DNA of 64,000 nucleotides from Candidatus Aenigmatarchaeota archaeon (GCA_046539325.1 JBKHHD010000006.1:3898-67897), one strand, 5' to 3'. Counted from the first letter of the stretch, positions 40,689 to 50,364 are shown. Notes: generated from the letters alone by a model not told the origin. Program-made: numbers and translations.

Positions 40689-43478
40689 ATGGGAGAAATT
40701 GAGGAGTTAAAGGCGCAGATACTTGAAGAAGCATCCGAGAGTCCTAGAAAGTTCTTCCCTGTAGAAAGGATGAAGGAAAGAGGATTCAGGAGAAGAAAAT
40801 GCAGTAGTTGTGGAAAGTACTTCTGGTCCGTTGACGAGCAAAGGAAGGTATGTGGTGAAGCTGATTGCTCCGGAGGTTATACCTTTATAGATGATTCTCC
40901 TACGGACAAAGTTCTAGATCAGACCACTGCATGGACAGAGTTCAGAGACTTTATGGAGGAAAGGGGTTATACAGGTATAGGAAGGTATCCTGTTCTAGCC
41001 AGATGGAGGGACGACACGGACTTCGTAAGAGCTTCCATATACGACTTCCAGCCCTACGTCGTCTCTGGGGAAGTAGACCCTCCTGCTAACCCGTTAGTAG
41101 TTCCACAGTTCTGCCTGCGCTTTAATGATATTGACAACGTCGGTATTACAGGTAGCCACTACACAGGCTTCATAATGACAGGGCAGCATGCCTTCGTCCC
41201 TGAGGAAGAGTACGACCAAGAAGTTTACTTTGAGCATATGCTGGACTGGCTTGTCGAAGGACTTGGAATAGATGTAGAGAAGATTGTTCTACATGAGGAC
41301 GCCTGGGCTGGGGGTGGGAACCTTGGCGGCTGTATGGAGTTCTTTGTTGATGGAATGGAGCTACTGAACCAGGTTTACATGACCTACGAGATTGATTCTT
41401 CTGATAAAGGTTACTCCGGGATAGACACGATGGTTCTTGATATGGGCATGGGACATGAAAGAGTTGCGTGGATAAGTAATGGGAGCAAGACCTCATACGA
41501 GGCAAACATGCCTGAGGTTGTAGACAAGCTCTACAGGAAAACGGACGTGGAAGCCGATGAAGAGATAAGAAAGAAGTTCCTTCCTTATTCCGGTCTTCTG
41601 AATGCAGATGAAGTTGAAGATATAGATGCAAAGTGGGGTAAAATAGCCGAGAAGATAGATATTGATAAAGTTAAGCTCAAGGAGGAGATACAGACCTCCG
41701 CAGACATATACTCCATAGCTGACCATACAAGAGCGCTTCTTGTAGCCTTTGTCGACGGAGCTCTTCCCTCAAACACTGGTGAAAAGCATTCGCTTCGTGT
41801 GATAGCAAGGCGTGCCTTGGACATAGTCGACAGGCATAACTGGAATATCGACCTGAAGGAAGTTATGGAATGGCATGCCGAGGAAATGGAAAAATTGTTT
41901 CCTGAGCTAAAGGAAAATATCGATCAGGCCAGGAGAATAATGAAGCACGAAGAAAGGAAGTACAGGGAAGCCAGGGCGAAGGCTGAGAAAATTATAGAAG
42001 GTCTTGAAGGAGAGGTCGTCGATGGAGAAAAGCTTATCGATCTTTACGATACGTATGGAATTTCTCCTGAGCTGCTGGAAAGGTTTGGCGTTCAAGTGGA
42101 AAAGCCAAAGGACTTCTACTCGAAGATATCCGAAAGACATGAGACGGAGGAAGAGGAAAAAGAGGAGGAAGCATTTGATATAGGAGGGATTGAAAAGACG
42201 GAAGAGCTTTACCTGAAGGATGAGAAAAAGATCAAGTTCACTGCTAAGGTTCTGGAAATACTGACCCATAAGGGAGAAAAGTATGTAGTTTTGGACAGGA
42301 CCTGCTTTTACCCTACACAGGGAGGACAGATGAACGACCTTGGAAGTATAAACGGCTATGAGGTCTTGGATACCATAAATAAAGAAGGTATAATCCTTCA
42401 TAAGATGGATGATTTTGATTTCAACGAAGGCGAAACTGTAAAAGGCAAGATAGACTGGAAAAGGAGAAAGCAACTAATGCAGCACCATACCGCTACACAT
42501 ATAATAAACGGTGCGGCTGCACAGGTTCTTGGAAACCATGTCAGCCAAGCCGGTGCAAAGAAAACGGAAGAGAAGGCCAGGCTGGATATTACACACTATG
42601 AAAATCTTACAAAGGAGGAGCTGGAGGAGATAGAAGAAACTGCAAGGAAATGGATAGAGAATGACTACGAAGTAAATAAGGAGGTCATGAAGAAATCAGA
42701 AGCGGAGAAGCTTTACGGCTTCAAGATATATCAGGGCGGCGTTCCACCAGGAAACGAGCTGAGGATAGTAAATATAGGTGACGGTCTTGATGTGGAAGCG
42801 TGCGGTGGTACGCACGTAGACAGTACTTCTGAAGTAGAGGAAATCGTACTTGTTAACAGTACAAAGGTTCAGGACGGTGTAATTCGCCTGGAGTTTAAGT
42901 CAGGTGAAGCAGCCAGGAAGTATAGAAGTGAAAGGGAGGGAACAAAAGAAAGGCTTTCCGAATTGATAGAGATGGATGGCTACACACTTGAAGAGGTTGC
43001 AGAAATATTCGATGTTTCAGTTGATGAAACAGTAGACGTTGTTCAAAGGTTTGTCGAAGAATGGAAGAATAGAAAGGAAAGAATAGAGGAACTCAAGGAT
43101 TTCCTTGGAAAGGAAGGGCCTGTCTACAGGGAAAGGCCGAAGGATCCTCAGGAGCTTTTTGAGGAATGGAAGAAAGAGGAAAAGGATATAGATGGTTTAG
43201 AGGAAAAGATAACGGAAAGGGTTAAAGAGGAAATCACAAGTTCCGAGGAAATTTTTATCAGAGAAGAGATTCCTGTGGAGAATATAGGCAATCTCATCCA
43301 AACTGTTAGAGAAATAACAAAAAGGAACAAGGATAAAGCAGTAGTTTTGAGGGGACTTAATGCTGTTATTGCTTCAAAGGGCAGCAACTCTAACTATGAT
43401 TTGGTGAGGGAGGTAGAAAAAGAAGCCGAAGTAGTGAAGAAAGAAGGCAGCTTGGTAAAAGGATTTAACCTGAAGTAA
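40689..43478 (+). CDS. alaS: alanyl-tRNA synthetase (archaeal type)
   Basis: N-terminal RRRKCSSCGKYFWS, HHTATHIINGA and CGGTHV editing-domain motifs; ATG 40689 preferred over TTG 40680. Confidence 0.93.
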   Translation: MGEIEELKAQILEEASESPRKFFPVERMKERGFRRRKCSSCGKYFWSVDEQRKVCGEADCSGGYTFIDDSPTDKVLDQTTAWTEFRDFMEERGYTGIGRYPVLARWRDDTDFVRASIYDFQPYVVSGEVDPPANPLVVPQFCLRFNDIDNVGITGSHYTGFIMTGQHAFVPEEEYDQEVYFEHMLDWLVEGLGIDVEKIVLHEDAWAGGGNLGGCMEFFVDGMELLNQVYMTYEIDSSDKGYSGIDTMVLDMGMGHERVAWISNGSKTSYEANMPEVVDKLYRKTDVEADEEIRKKFLPYSGLLNADEVEDIDAKWGKIAEKIDIDKVKLKEEIQTSADIYSIADHTRALLVAFVDGALPSNTGEKHSLRVIARRALDIVDRHNWNIDLKEVMEWHAEEMEKLFPELKENIDQARRIMKHEERKYREARAKAEKIIEGLEGEVVDGEKLIDLYDTYGISPELLERFGVQVEKPKDFYSKISERHETEEEEKEEEAFDIGGIEKTEELYLKDEKKIKFTAKVLEILTHKGEKYVVLDRTCFYPTQGGQMNDLGSINGYEVLDTINKEGIILHKMDDFDFNEGETVKGKIDWKRRKQLMQHHTATHIINGAAAQVLGNHVSQAGAKKTEEKARLDITHYENLTKEELEEIEETARKWIENDYEVNKEVMKKSEAEKLYGFKIYQGGVPPGNELRIVNIGDGLDVEACGGTHVDSTSEVEEIVLVNSTKVQDGVIRLEFKSGEAARKYRSEREGTKERLSELIEMDGYTLEEVAEIFDVSVDETVDVVQRFVEEWKNRKERIEELKDFLGKEGPVYRERPKDPQELFEEWKKEEKDIDGLEEKITERVKEEITSSEEIFIREEIPVENIGNLIQTVREITKRNKDKAVVLRGLNAVIASKGSNSNYDLVREVEKEAEVVKKEGSLVKGFNLK

Positions 43479-43955
43479 CTAGTCATATCTTACTATTATG
43501 TAGTCTCCGTGTTCTAAGGTATAACTCCTGTACTGGTCGATGGACTGAACAGGTTTCTCCATACCTTCTATTGTCTTCCCCTTTGAGACACTGACCTCGT
43601 TACTGTAGGTAGTATTACACATATTGTTGTTCTCGTATTCCATAAGTTCTGTGCTTGTGAAGGTTACATTCATTAGATCGAAAACTTGACCAAGTGTTAC
43701 ACCGGCTTCCGTCGGGAAGGATATGATACCGTCACTGGTTACTGTCACAGAAGCTCCATCAATCTCTCCTTCGGAATCAGGTATTTCCCTTTGTTCACCG
43801 CATGTACGAATCTCCAAAAGGGCCTCACCGGCAGGCCCTGCCTGGTTCCCTGCTTCCGGGAGGGCAGCCGATATAGCGTAGACTATGGCCGAGCCACCGA
43901 AAAGGATGATTACAAGGATAACTGCTATCTGTTGTTTAGTCACGTCTACCTTCAT
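43479..43955 (-). CDS. hypothetical membrane-anchored extracellular protein
   Basis: N-terminal TM IAVILVIILFGGSAIVYAI; no family recognised. Confidence 0.5.
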   Translation of the reverse strand: MKVDVTKQQIAVILVIILFGGSAIVYAISAALPEAGNQAGPAGEALLEIRTCGEQREIPDSEGEIDGASVTVTSDGIISFPTEAGVTLGQVFDLMNVTFTSTELMEYENNNMCNTTYSNEVSVSKGKTIEGMEKPVQSIDQYRSYTLEHGDYIIVRYD

Positions 43956-43972
43956 ATTAAAACCTCATGTTA

Positions 43973-44055
43973 TAGCCCCGCCAGGATTCGAACCTGGGCC
44001 ATGAGGTCCAGAACCTCACATCCTTAGCCATTTTTGACCGCTAGACTACGGGGCT
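43973..44055 (-). tRNA. tRNA-Gln(CUG) with an oversized (19-nt) D-loop, possible ~10-nt insert
   Basis: AGCCCCG-TA-GTCT-AGCGGTCAAAAATGGCTAA-GGAT-G-TGAGG-TTCTGGA-CCTCA-TGGC-CCAGG-TTCGAAT-CCTGG-CGGGGCT-A. Confidence 0.8.
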
Positions 44056-44138
44056 CCGTTTATCCGTGCTATACTTAATTAAACTCACTTTTATAAACTT
44101 GAAGGTAAAAGTTCTTCTTGTCTCAAGGAGGTGTTAAT

Positions 44139-44573
44139 ATGCCGGTAATAGGTGTCAATATCAGGAACATCAACTCGGAAAGAGGAGAAAACGTAGGTGG
44201 CAATCTCAAGGTCAACAATACACCCAAGATCAAGGGTGTAAAGATAAAGGAAGTGGGTAACATCAACAAGGAGGCACTTTCGATAGACTTTGAGTACACC
44301 TGCAAATACTCAAAGGAAGACAGTGATGAGTCTGTTGCAGAGATAAACATAGGCGGAGAAGTGCTTTTTATGACCGATGACCCCCAGAGTGTAGTGGAAA
44401 ACTGGGAGGAAAACAAGGACCTACCCGAAGAAATAGTCATACCAACAATCAACAGCGTCATGAGAAAGTCTCTTACGAAAGCCATAGACATATCGGAGTC
44501 ACTTCAAGTACCGCCACCGATAAGGTTCCCGAAGGCAAAGAAAAAGTCTGATAGTGCTCGATACATAGGATAA
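44139..44573 (+). CDS. hypothetical protein
   Basis: ATG 44139 lies 6 nt after AGGAGGTG (track ORF starts TTG 44118); 144 aa, no family recognised. Confidence 0.55.
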   Translation: MPVIGVNIRNINSERGENVGGNLKVNNTPKIKGVKIKEVGNINKEALSIDFEYTCKYSKEDSDESVAEINIGGEVLFMTDDPQSVVENWEENKDLPEEIVIPTINSVMRKSLTKAIDISESLQVPPPIRFPKAKKKSDSARYIG

Positions 44574-44676
44574 ACTCCTTAAAATCTTTTATTTTTACTT
44601 TAAATTTATTTAATTTCTTTTTATTCCAATTAAATCCTTTAAATGTATTTATAGTTCTTATAAGCCTATTAAAACG

Positions 44677-44717
44677 TCGTGAGGGTTACCACTAACTCTC
44701 ACATTTTCGTGAGTTTT
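44677..44717. repeat. three GTGAG-type boxes (forward, reverse, forward) in an AT-rich convergent spacer
   Basis: TCGTGAGGGTT 44677-87; AACTCTCACATT 44694-705 (complement = AATGTGAGAGTT); TCGTGAGTTTT 44707-17. Confidence 0.7.
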
Positions 44718-44772
44718 GTAAAAATTTACTAAAAAATATATTTTATTAAATATGTTCTATAATATATAATTT

Positions 44773-44828
44773 AAGAAAAATATGTAGAAAAAAATGTTAT
44801 AACAAATATAGTTAAAGAAAAATATGTA
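44773..44828. repeat. 14-nt direct repeat AAGAAAAATATGTA x2 (44773-86, 44815-28)
   Basis: Read directly; the AT-rich context lowers its significance. Confidence 0.6.
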
Positions 44829-44845
44829 TAAACATATATATAGAA

Positions 44846-45370
44846 TCACTTGTTTTTTAGTGCAGTCTTATAAATACTTCTCCATTCATTCGCCAGCTTC
44901 TCTAAATGTGAAGAAAAGGACTTAGAGGGCTTGAGAACCATAAACCATCCCCTTCCAGGATCGGACTCTACCGCTTCTCTTTCCCTTTGAAGTATACCGA
45001 ATTTGACCAGTTTGGGTATCACTACGTTATAGGCAGTAGAGGACGGTATACCCTCATTTTCAAGGAAATCAGAAAGTATATCCTTGTCAACGCCATCAGA
45101 ATTCGAGAGCACAAAATCAACAAGCTTCGTGGCATATTTATTACTCCTTTCCTGGTAGTCTTCGGGAAAAATGTGGTTTATGACGTCCTCCAGATCCCAC
45201 CTAATATCCCCATCTATGGAGGGCCAATCCTCGCCTTGAACGGAGGGGAAGAAAAGGCTTTCTTTGCTTTTCAGTGTTTCGCCCTCAACTGGAACAGGTT
45301 TATCGTTTCCCTTGGAAATTTTATCACCATATTGGAAGATTTGTGTTTCACAACGTTTCGTTATAATTAT
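44846..45370 (-). CDS. winged-helix DNA-binding protein; frame is open well upstream of the only canonical (GTG 45112) start
   Basis: C-terminal wHTH (GIPSSTAYNVVIPKLVKFGILQRE). The frame stays open to 45436 and reads protein-like (..ETQIFQYGDKISKGNDKPVPVEGETLKSKESLFFPSVQGEDWPSIDGDIRWDLEDVINHIFPEDYQERSNKYATKLVDF-VLSNSDG..). AGGAG lies 7 nt upstream of ATA-ATT-ATA at 45370. Confidence 0.5.
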   Translation of the reverse strand: MIITKRCETQIFQYGDKISKGNDKPVPVEGETLKSKESLFFPSVQGEDWPSIDGDIRWDLEDVINHIFPEDYQERSNKYATKLVDFVLSNSDGVDKDILSDFLENEGIPSSTAYNVVIPKLVKFGILQREREAVESDPGRGWFMVLKPSKSFSSHLEKLANEWRSIYKTALKNK

Positions 45371-45512
45371 GGAGTTTCTCCTAAATAAAAGTTTACAACA
45401 TATCGTTATTGAACAAGAAAATATGGATTGAGACCCCTAGGGAACCAAGCAAAATATACCCAAAAACCGGAACCCATGTAATCTGGTTTATCAAATCGTT
45501 GTGCAACAGAAT

Positions 45513-45860
45513 TTACTCCTCTTCAGATTCTTCATCCTCTTCTTCAGAATCCTCACTGGAATCTTCGTCGGATTCCTCTATCTTTCTCTCAAACTTTCTG
45601 ACAAGCCCCTCCAGATCATGGGCTATTTCCTCTCCGTCGTCAGTAAGCTCAATAAGCTTCACCCTCCCTTCCTTGCTGAACTCCACCAGTTCAAGTTCCT
45701 GGAATTTGTCAAGAACCTTGATAGTATGTGAATATGTGCAGTCAACGCCTTTACTTACTTCCGTCGCATAGTTGGGGTTATCGCCCTTTTTGAGAAAAAC
45801 AAGCATTTCAGCCGGCTTCTCCTGTAGAAATAATTCCTTGAAAATTTCCTTGCCCGGCAC
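45513..45860 (-). CDS. winged-helix transcriptional regulator with acidic C-terminal tail
   Basis: GTG start; NPNYATEVSKGVDCTYSHTIKVLDKFQELELVEF wHTH pattern; the tail is SDEDSSEDSEEEDEESEEE. Confidence 0.65.
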   Translation of the reverse strand: MPGKEIFKELFLQEKPAEMLVFLKKGDNPNYATEVSKGVDCTYSHTIKVLDKFQELELVEFSKEGRVKLIELTDDGEEIAHDLEGLVRKFERKIEESDEDSSEDSEEEDEESEEE

Positions 45861-46034
45861 TTATCACACCTAGGTATAATTACTTAATCAAAGTATTTAA
45901 ATATTTAATTTTATGTTTTATGATATATATTTTTAATAATATATTTGTTTACAGGTATTTTAATAAAAATATTATATAAAATATACTTTTCTAAACATTG
46001 GTTAAAAAATATAAACTAAAAAACATATTTTTTA

Positions 46035-47060
46035 TTACTGAAAAATTTTCTCTAATGTGAGAGTTACTGAGATAAAGGCCAGGCCGGTTGCTATGGAAAT
46101 TCCAAACCTTGCGAGGCCACTTCCAGGATTAAGTATCACTCTACTTGCTTCAGAAGCCACAAGAGCGAAGCCTAGAAAGAATGCTATGTAAGTCGAATGT
46201 CTTAGAATACTTGATCTATCGGGAAAAGCAATAACGGACTTACCTACCATAGACACAAGAAATGCGGTGAAGAAAAGATAAACTGAACCTTGGAGAAATG
46301 CTGCACTTGACTCTATAATGTCTGCAGTTGGCTCCATCTGAACTGAATTGTATCCACTGTTTATAGCTATAGCTGCTATAGCTAATGAAACAACATAGAA
46401 GAAGAATGTGACTCTTCTGGCTGTAAAGGAGGTCTGAAGCTCATTGTATATTCTCTCAAGAGGCTCTTCAAGATGAAAGCCTCTTATCAACAGATAAGCA
46501 CCTAAAATACCCAGTGTTATCCTCCATCCCCTTACCCCCAGAAGGGAATAAAATATCAAGAATATAGCAGGGATTCCAAAGAATATCTTGCCCATTTTAG
46601 GATCCGAGAGGACTTCTTTAAAGAACTCATTTATCTGGTAGTACATGCCCTCTAACCTCTCGCTCTGTTTCATTATCACCCTTTTCACGGAAACTATCTC
46701 CGCATGGTTCTGAACTATGGGGAGTATCTGCTCGTCTTCAGTTCCGTCGACTACAAGAACAACTTTTTCACGGTTCGTTTCCTTGAGAACTTTCTGAAGC
46801 TGCTCGTTAAGTATCTCATCGCTTTCTACGCCTACGTGGCTGTTCCCTGTTATTGTAGCTACTTCGGAATTTTCCTTCTCCTCGTAAATCTTAACTGCCT
46901 GAAGTATTGTGTTTGTGTCAGAATCCTCAGGATCGGAGAGGCCAAGAACTTGAGCTAGCTCAAGGTTCTTTTCCTTGCCTACAACCGGTCCTTCAAAATC
47001 CGTCTTCCTGCCGACATCGTCGTCTCTGTCTACGGCAAGTACGAGAAGATCTTCAGACAT
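46035..47060 (-). CDS. DUF373-family archaeal membrane protein
   Basis: Soluble N-domain LVLAVDRDDDVGRK..VVDGTEDEQILPI followed by ~6 TM helices. Confidence 0.7.
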   Translation of the reverse strand: MSEDLLVLAVDRDDDVGRKTDFEGPVVGKEKNLELAQVLGLSDPEDSDTNTILQAVKIYEEKENSEVATITGNSHVGVESDEILNEQLQKVLKETNREKVVLVVDGTEDEQILPIVQNHAEIVSVKRVIMKQSERLEGMYYQINEFFKEVLSDPKMGKIFFGIPAIFLIFYSLLGVRGWRITLGILGAYLLIRGFHLEEPLERIYNELQTSFTARRVTFFFYVVSLAIAAIAINSGYNSVQMEPTADIIESSAAFLQGSVYLFFTAFLVSMVGKSVIAFPDRSSILRHSTYIAFFLGFALVASEASRVILNPGSGLARFGISIATGLAFISVTLTLEKIFQ

Positions 47061-47149
47061 GTGTAATACTGGTGTAGATAAAAATAAAAGAGTAACGTAT
47101 TGGATAAATTTTAAATACGTGCAGACCGCTTTTGCCTGTGGGTGTTAAA

Positions 47150-47359
47150 ATGGGTGAACTACCATTAGCTCCGGTTGATAGGATCATAAGAAGTCAAGGA
47201 GCGAAAAGAGTTTCCGAAGAAGCCACTGAGGAATTTGCAGAGGTTATCGAGGAAATTGCAGCCGATCTAGCAGCAGAGGCAGCGGCCTTAGCAGAACATG
47301 CTGACAGGAAGACTGTGAAGGGAGAAGACGTCAGGCTTGCTAGCAGGAAAGGCTTCTAA
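47150..47359 (+). CDS. archaeal histone (HMf family)
   Basis: ELPLAPVDRIIR..GAKRVSEEA...AEHADRKTVKGEDVRLA histone fold; ATG 47150 preferred over the track start 47132. Confidence 0.9.
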   Translation: MGELPLAPVDRIIRSQGAKRVSEEATEEFAEVIEEIAADLAAEAAALAEHADRKTVKGEDVRLASRKGF

Positions 47360-47385
47360 CTTCTTTTTTATTTTTATGTGATTCT

Positions 47386-48393
47386 ATGGATGAGAAGGTA
47401 AAGGAACTAGCTGAGAAGATAGCTGAAGAGAAGGGAACGGATGTAGATGAAGTTATAGATAAGATTGAAGGTAAAGAAGAGGAGTACAGCGGACTTATTT
47501 CTAAGGAAGGCGCCGCACATATAGTTGCCAAGGAGGAGGGCCTCGAGCTTATGGAGGAGGAAGGAGACAACGAGCTAAAGATAGAGAACGTCGTTTCTGG
47601 AATGAACAGCGCAACCGTCACAGGAAAGGTCGAAAAGATCTTCGGCCCGAGGACATTCGAGACGGATGACGGTGAGGGTAAGGTTGCCAACCTAATTTTA
47701 AGGGATGGAACAGGTACCGTAAGATTCTCTTTATGGAACGATGAGGCCGAGGAGCTTATCGAGGATGAAAAGATAGAGGTAGGGGATACAATAAAGGTAG
47801 AAAACGGATACGTAACCGAGGACAACAGGGACGAACCGGAGTTAAGGCTTGGTAGGTCGGGCAAGGTAAAGGAACCAGAAGAGGAGCTAGATGTTGAAAT
47901 ACAGACAGGCTCAGGAGGAAGCAGCGGAGAAAGCCAGGGAAGAGTAAAGATATCAGAGCTTGTGCCTGGACAAAGCGGTGAAGCCAGAGGCACAGTGGTT
48001 AACACATTTGGCAAGAACCCCTTCTACAAGACGTGTCCTGAATGTGAAGAAAGGGTCGAAGACGAGGAGTGTGAAGAACACGGGAAGGTTAAAATAAATA
48101 TGGCCCTTTCGTTAGTCATAGACGACGGAAGCGGGTCTATAAGATGCGTTTTCTTCAGGGACCAGGCGGAGGAACTTCTTGATATGGATACGGATGAGGC
48201 CTGGAAGATGACCGATGAAGGAGAGAACATGGAAGAGTTTATGGAAAGATGTGACGAGCTTCTAGGTAATGAAATAGTTGTCCAGGGACGCGTGAAGATG
48301 AACGACTTCTTTGGTATGCCTGAGCTTTTAGTCAATTCTATGGAAAAGGCGGATGTTGCGGAGGAGGCAGAAAAACTTCTTGAAACAGTTTAA
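47386..48393 (+). CDS. replication protein A (RPA/SSB), OB folds plus zinc motif
   Basis: N-terminal YSGLISKEGAAHIVAKEEG, OB-fold segments, CPECEERVEDEECEEHG zinc ribbon. Confidence 0.85.
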   Translation: MDEKVKELAEKIAEEKGTDVDEVIDKIEGKEEEYSGLISKEGAAHIVAKEEGLELMEEEGDNELKIENVVSGMNSATVTGKVEKIFGPRTFETDDGEGKVANLILRDGTGTVRFSLWNDEAEELIEDEKIEVGDTIKVENGYVTEDNRDEPELRLGRSGKVKEPEEELDVEIQTGSGGSSGESQGRVKISELVPGQSGEARGTVVNTFGKNPFYKTCPECEERVEDEECEEHGKVKINMALSLVIDDGSGSIRCVFFRDQAEELLDMDTDEAWKMTDEGENMEEFMERCDELLGNEIVVQGRVKMNDFFGMPELLVNSMEKADVAEEAEKLLETV

Positions 48394-48431
48394 AGTATTT
48401 AAGAATCCAACCTCAATGGGTTAAATGTTCA

Positions 48432-49376
48432 ATGTCTGATGAAATAGACCTCAAAGATCTTCCTGGTGTAGGAGAGAAGACGGCAGAGAAGCTTAAGGAT
48501 GAAGGTTACAAGGATCTTATGTCTATAGCAGCTGCTTCCTCCGGTGAAATCTCAGGCAAAACCTCTATAGGTGAATCCACAGCTAAGAAAATAATAAGCG
48601 CCGCCCGGAATGAGATGGAGATGGGCTTTGATACTGCTTCTAAGGTCTACGAGGAAAAGGATGATATTACACAGATAAGCACGAACTCTGATAAGATAGA
48701 TGAGCTCATTGGTGGCGGAATAGAGACACAGACAATAACCGAAGCGTACGGAGGCTACGGCTCAGGTAAGTCGCAGATGGCTTTTCAGCTCTCGGTAAAC
48801 GTTCAGAAGGAGGAAGGAAAGGGTGGTCTCGGTAAAGGATGCGTATTTATAGATACAGAGAATACCTTCAGCCCTGAAAGGGTTAAGGAAATAGCTGAAA
48901 ACCATGACATGGACCCCGAAGAGGTTCTCGACAACATATACGTCGCAAGGGCATATAATTCAGACCACCAGATGGTCCTCGTCAACGAAGCAGATGAGAT
49001 ATTGGGAAAGCAGGAAGTTGGTCTTGTAGTTGTTGATTCCTTGACAGGACAGTTTAGAGCGGACTACACTGGCCGTGGTGATCTAGCTGAAAGACAGCAG
49101 AAACTTAACAGGCACCTTCACGACCTTCAGAGGCTTGCTGAAGTTTACAATGTGGCTGTTTTCATATCAAACCAAGTTATGTCTAAGCCTGACGTAATGT
49201 TCGGTGATCCAACAGAAGCTATAGGTGGCCACATACTCCACCACGCAGCAGCCTTCAGAATGTACCTTAGAAAGGGCAAGGGAGATACACGAATCTGTAA
49301 GCTTGTGGACAGTCCTTATAAACCAGAGGGGGAAGCCCCCTTCAAAATAACCGAAAAGGGCATAGTCGACAAGTAG
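48432..49376 (+). CDS. radA: DNA repair and recombination protein RadA
   Basis: HhH LPGVGEKTAEKL, Walker A GGYGSGKSQ, VVDSLT Walker B. Confidence 0.95.
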   Translation: MSDEIDLKDLPGVGEKTAEKLKDEGYKDLMSIAAASSGEISGKTSIGESTAKKIISAARNEMEMGFDTASKVYEEKDDITQISTNSDKIDELIGGGIETQTITEAYGGYGSGKSQMAFQLSVNVQKEEGKGGLGKGCVFIDTENTFSPERVKEIAENHDMDPEEVLDNIYVARAYNSDHQMVLVNEADEILGKQEVGLVVVDSLTGQFRADYTGRGDLAERQQKLNRHLHDLQRLAEVYNVAVFISNQVMSKPDVMFGDPTEAIGGHILHHAAAFRMYLRKGKGDTRICKLVDSPYKPEGEAPFKITEKGIVDK

Positions 49377-49391
49377 AGTTCTTTAAACTTC

Positions 49392-49649
49392 TTAAATTAT
49401 GTCGTTCTCAGACACAATTACGAAGTCCCCCACTGAGTTTATCGCAGAAAACGGAATCAGATGCCTTCCTTGGTCATCCATTTCTACTTGAAGATCGGAG
49501 ACATGCTTTGTAGGCTCTGTAAGAACTATGTTCATAAGTTCTCCTGAGTCCGTTATGAAAGAAACATCGCCGACTGTGCCGAATTTTTTCCCTGCTTCTT
49601 CAGAAACAACTACCTTTCCCATAAGTTTTTTTCCTCTTATATCTGCCAT
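49392..49649 (-). CDS. PRC-barrel domain protein
   Basis: LMGKVVVSEEAGKKFGTVGDV...IPFSAINSVGDFVIV pattern. Confidence 0.7.
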   Translation of the reverse strand: MADIRGKKLMGKVVVSEEAGKKFGTVGDVSFITDSGELMNIVLTEPTKHVSDLQVEMDDQGRHLIPFSAINSVGDFVIVSENDII

Positions 49650-49689
49650 GCTATCACCATTTACTATTATTCAGGGGCTTATTTAAATT

Positions 49690-50355
49690 TTACAGAAGAA
49701 GTACGAGCAAACTTATCATCCCACCTGAAAAAGTTGCAGCCAGGTTCACTTCGGATTTGGTCATATAACCCCTTCTCTCCAGTGTAGCTCCAAGTATTGA
49801 GTCCATGTGACAGCCCATGAATCCACCTATAAAGGGAGCAAGGATGCCAATTCCAAAAAGGAAATGGGCTATAATAGCCACAAAAAGGGCACCTATAGCC
49901 GAAAAAACTGTCCCAAGTGGCGAAACTGCTCCGTTTGTGCCGGGTTCAACCTTCTTCCAGGTGGTTATAAGTCTGGCTCTTTTAGAGAAAACTCCAACCT
50001 CCGAAGCAAGGGTATCGGCCATGGCTGTTGATACAGAACCGGCAAACCCAACGGGGCTGGATATAATCGCAAAGAATGCAGGCGATGAGCCGTTGCCTAA
50101 TATATTTTGAATGTTTCTCGTGCCGTTCTCTTCTTCCTCCACACCGATCTTCTTCTTTCTGTCATATCTCCACTTTGTGCCAGCATAACCGACAACTAGA
50201 AAGGAAACTAAAATAAATATCCATGCTGGATCGTTTAGGGCCCATATCAATGATCCGATGATAAAGGCAGTAAGGCTGGCTTTAGCTGAGAGAACCTCTG
50301 TCTTCCATGTAACAAGTGCTAATGCTGAACAACCTGCAAAGACTTCTAGCATCAA
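49690..50355 (-). CDS. DUF92/TMEM19-family integral membrane protein
   Basis: Multi-TM; GNGSSPA and TNGAVSPLGT motifs as recalled for TIGR00297. Confidence 0.65.
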   Translation of the reverse strand: MMLEVFAGCSALALVTWKTEVLSAKASLTAFIIGSLIWALNDPAWIFILVSFLVVGYAGTKWRYDRKKKIGVEEEENGTRNIQNILGNGSSPAFFAIISSPVGFAGSVSTAMADTLASEVGVFSKRARLITTWKKVEPGTNGAVSPLGTVFSAIGALFVAIIAHFLFGIGILAPFIGGFMGCHMDSILGATLERRGYMTKSEVNLAATFSGGMISLLVLLL

Positions 50356-50364
50356 GTAGTTATA

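Noticed and set aside
44100-46035. Mobile element integrated at tRNA-Gln carrying the wHTH genes.
   Set aside because: No integrase or transposase is present, and no duplication of the tRNA-Gln end was seen. The AT-rich spacers are better treated as regulatory or origin-like DNA until comparative data say otherwise.
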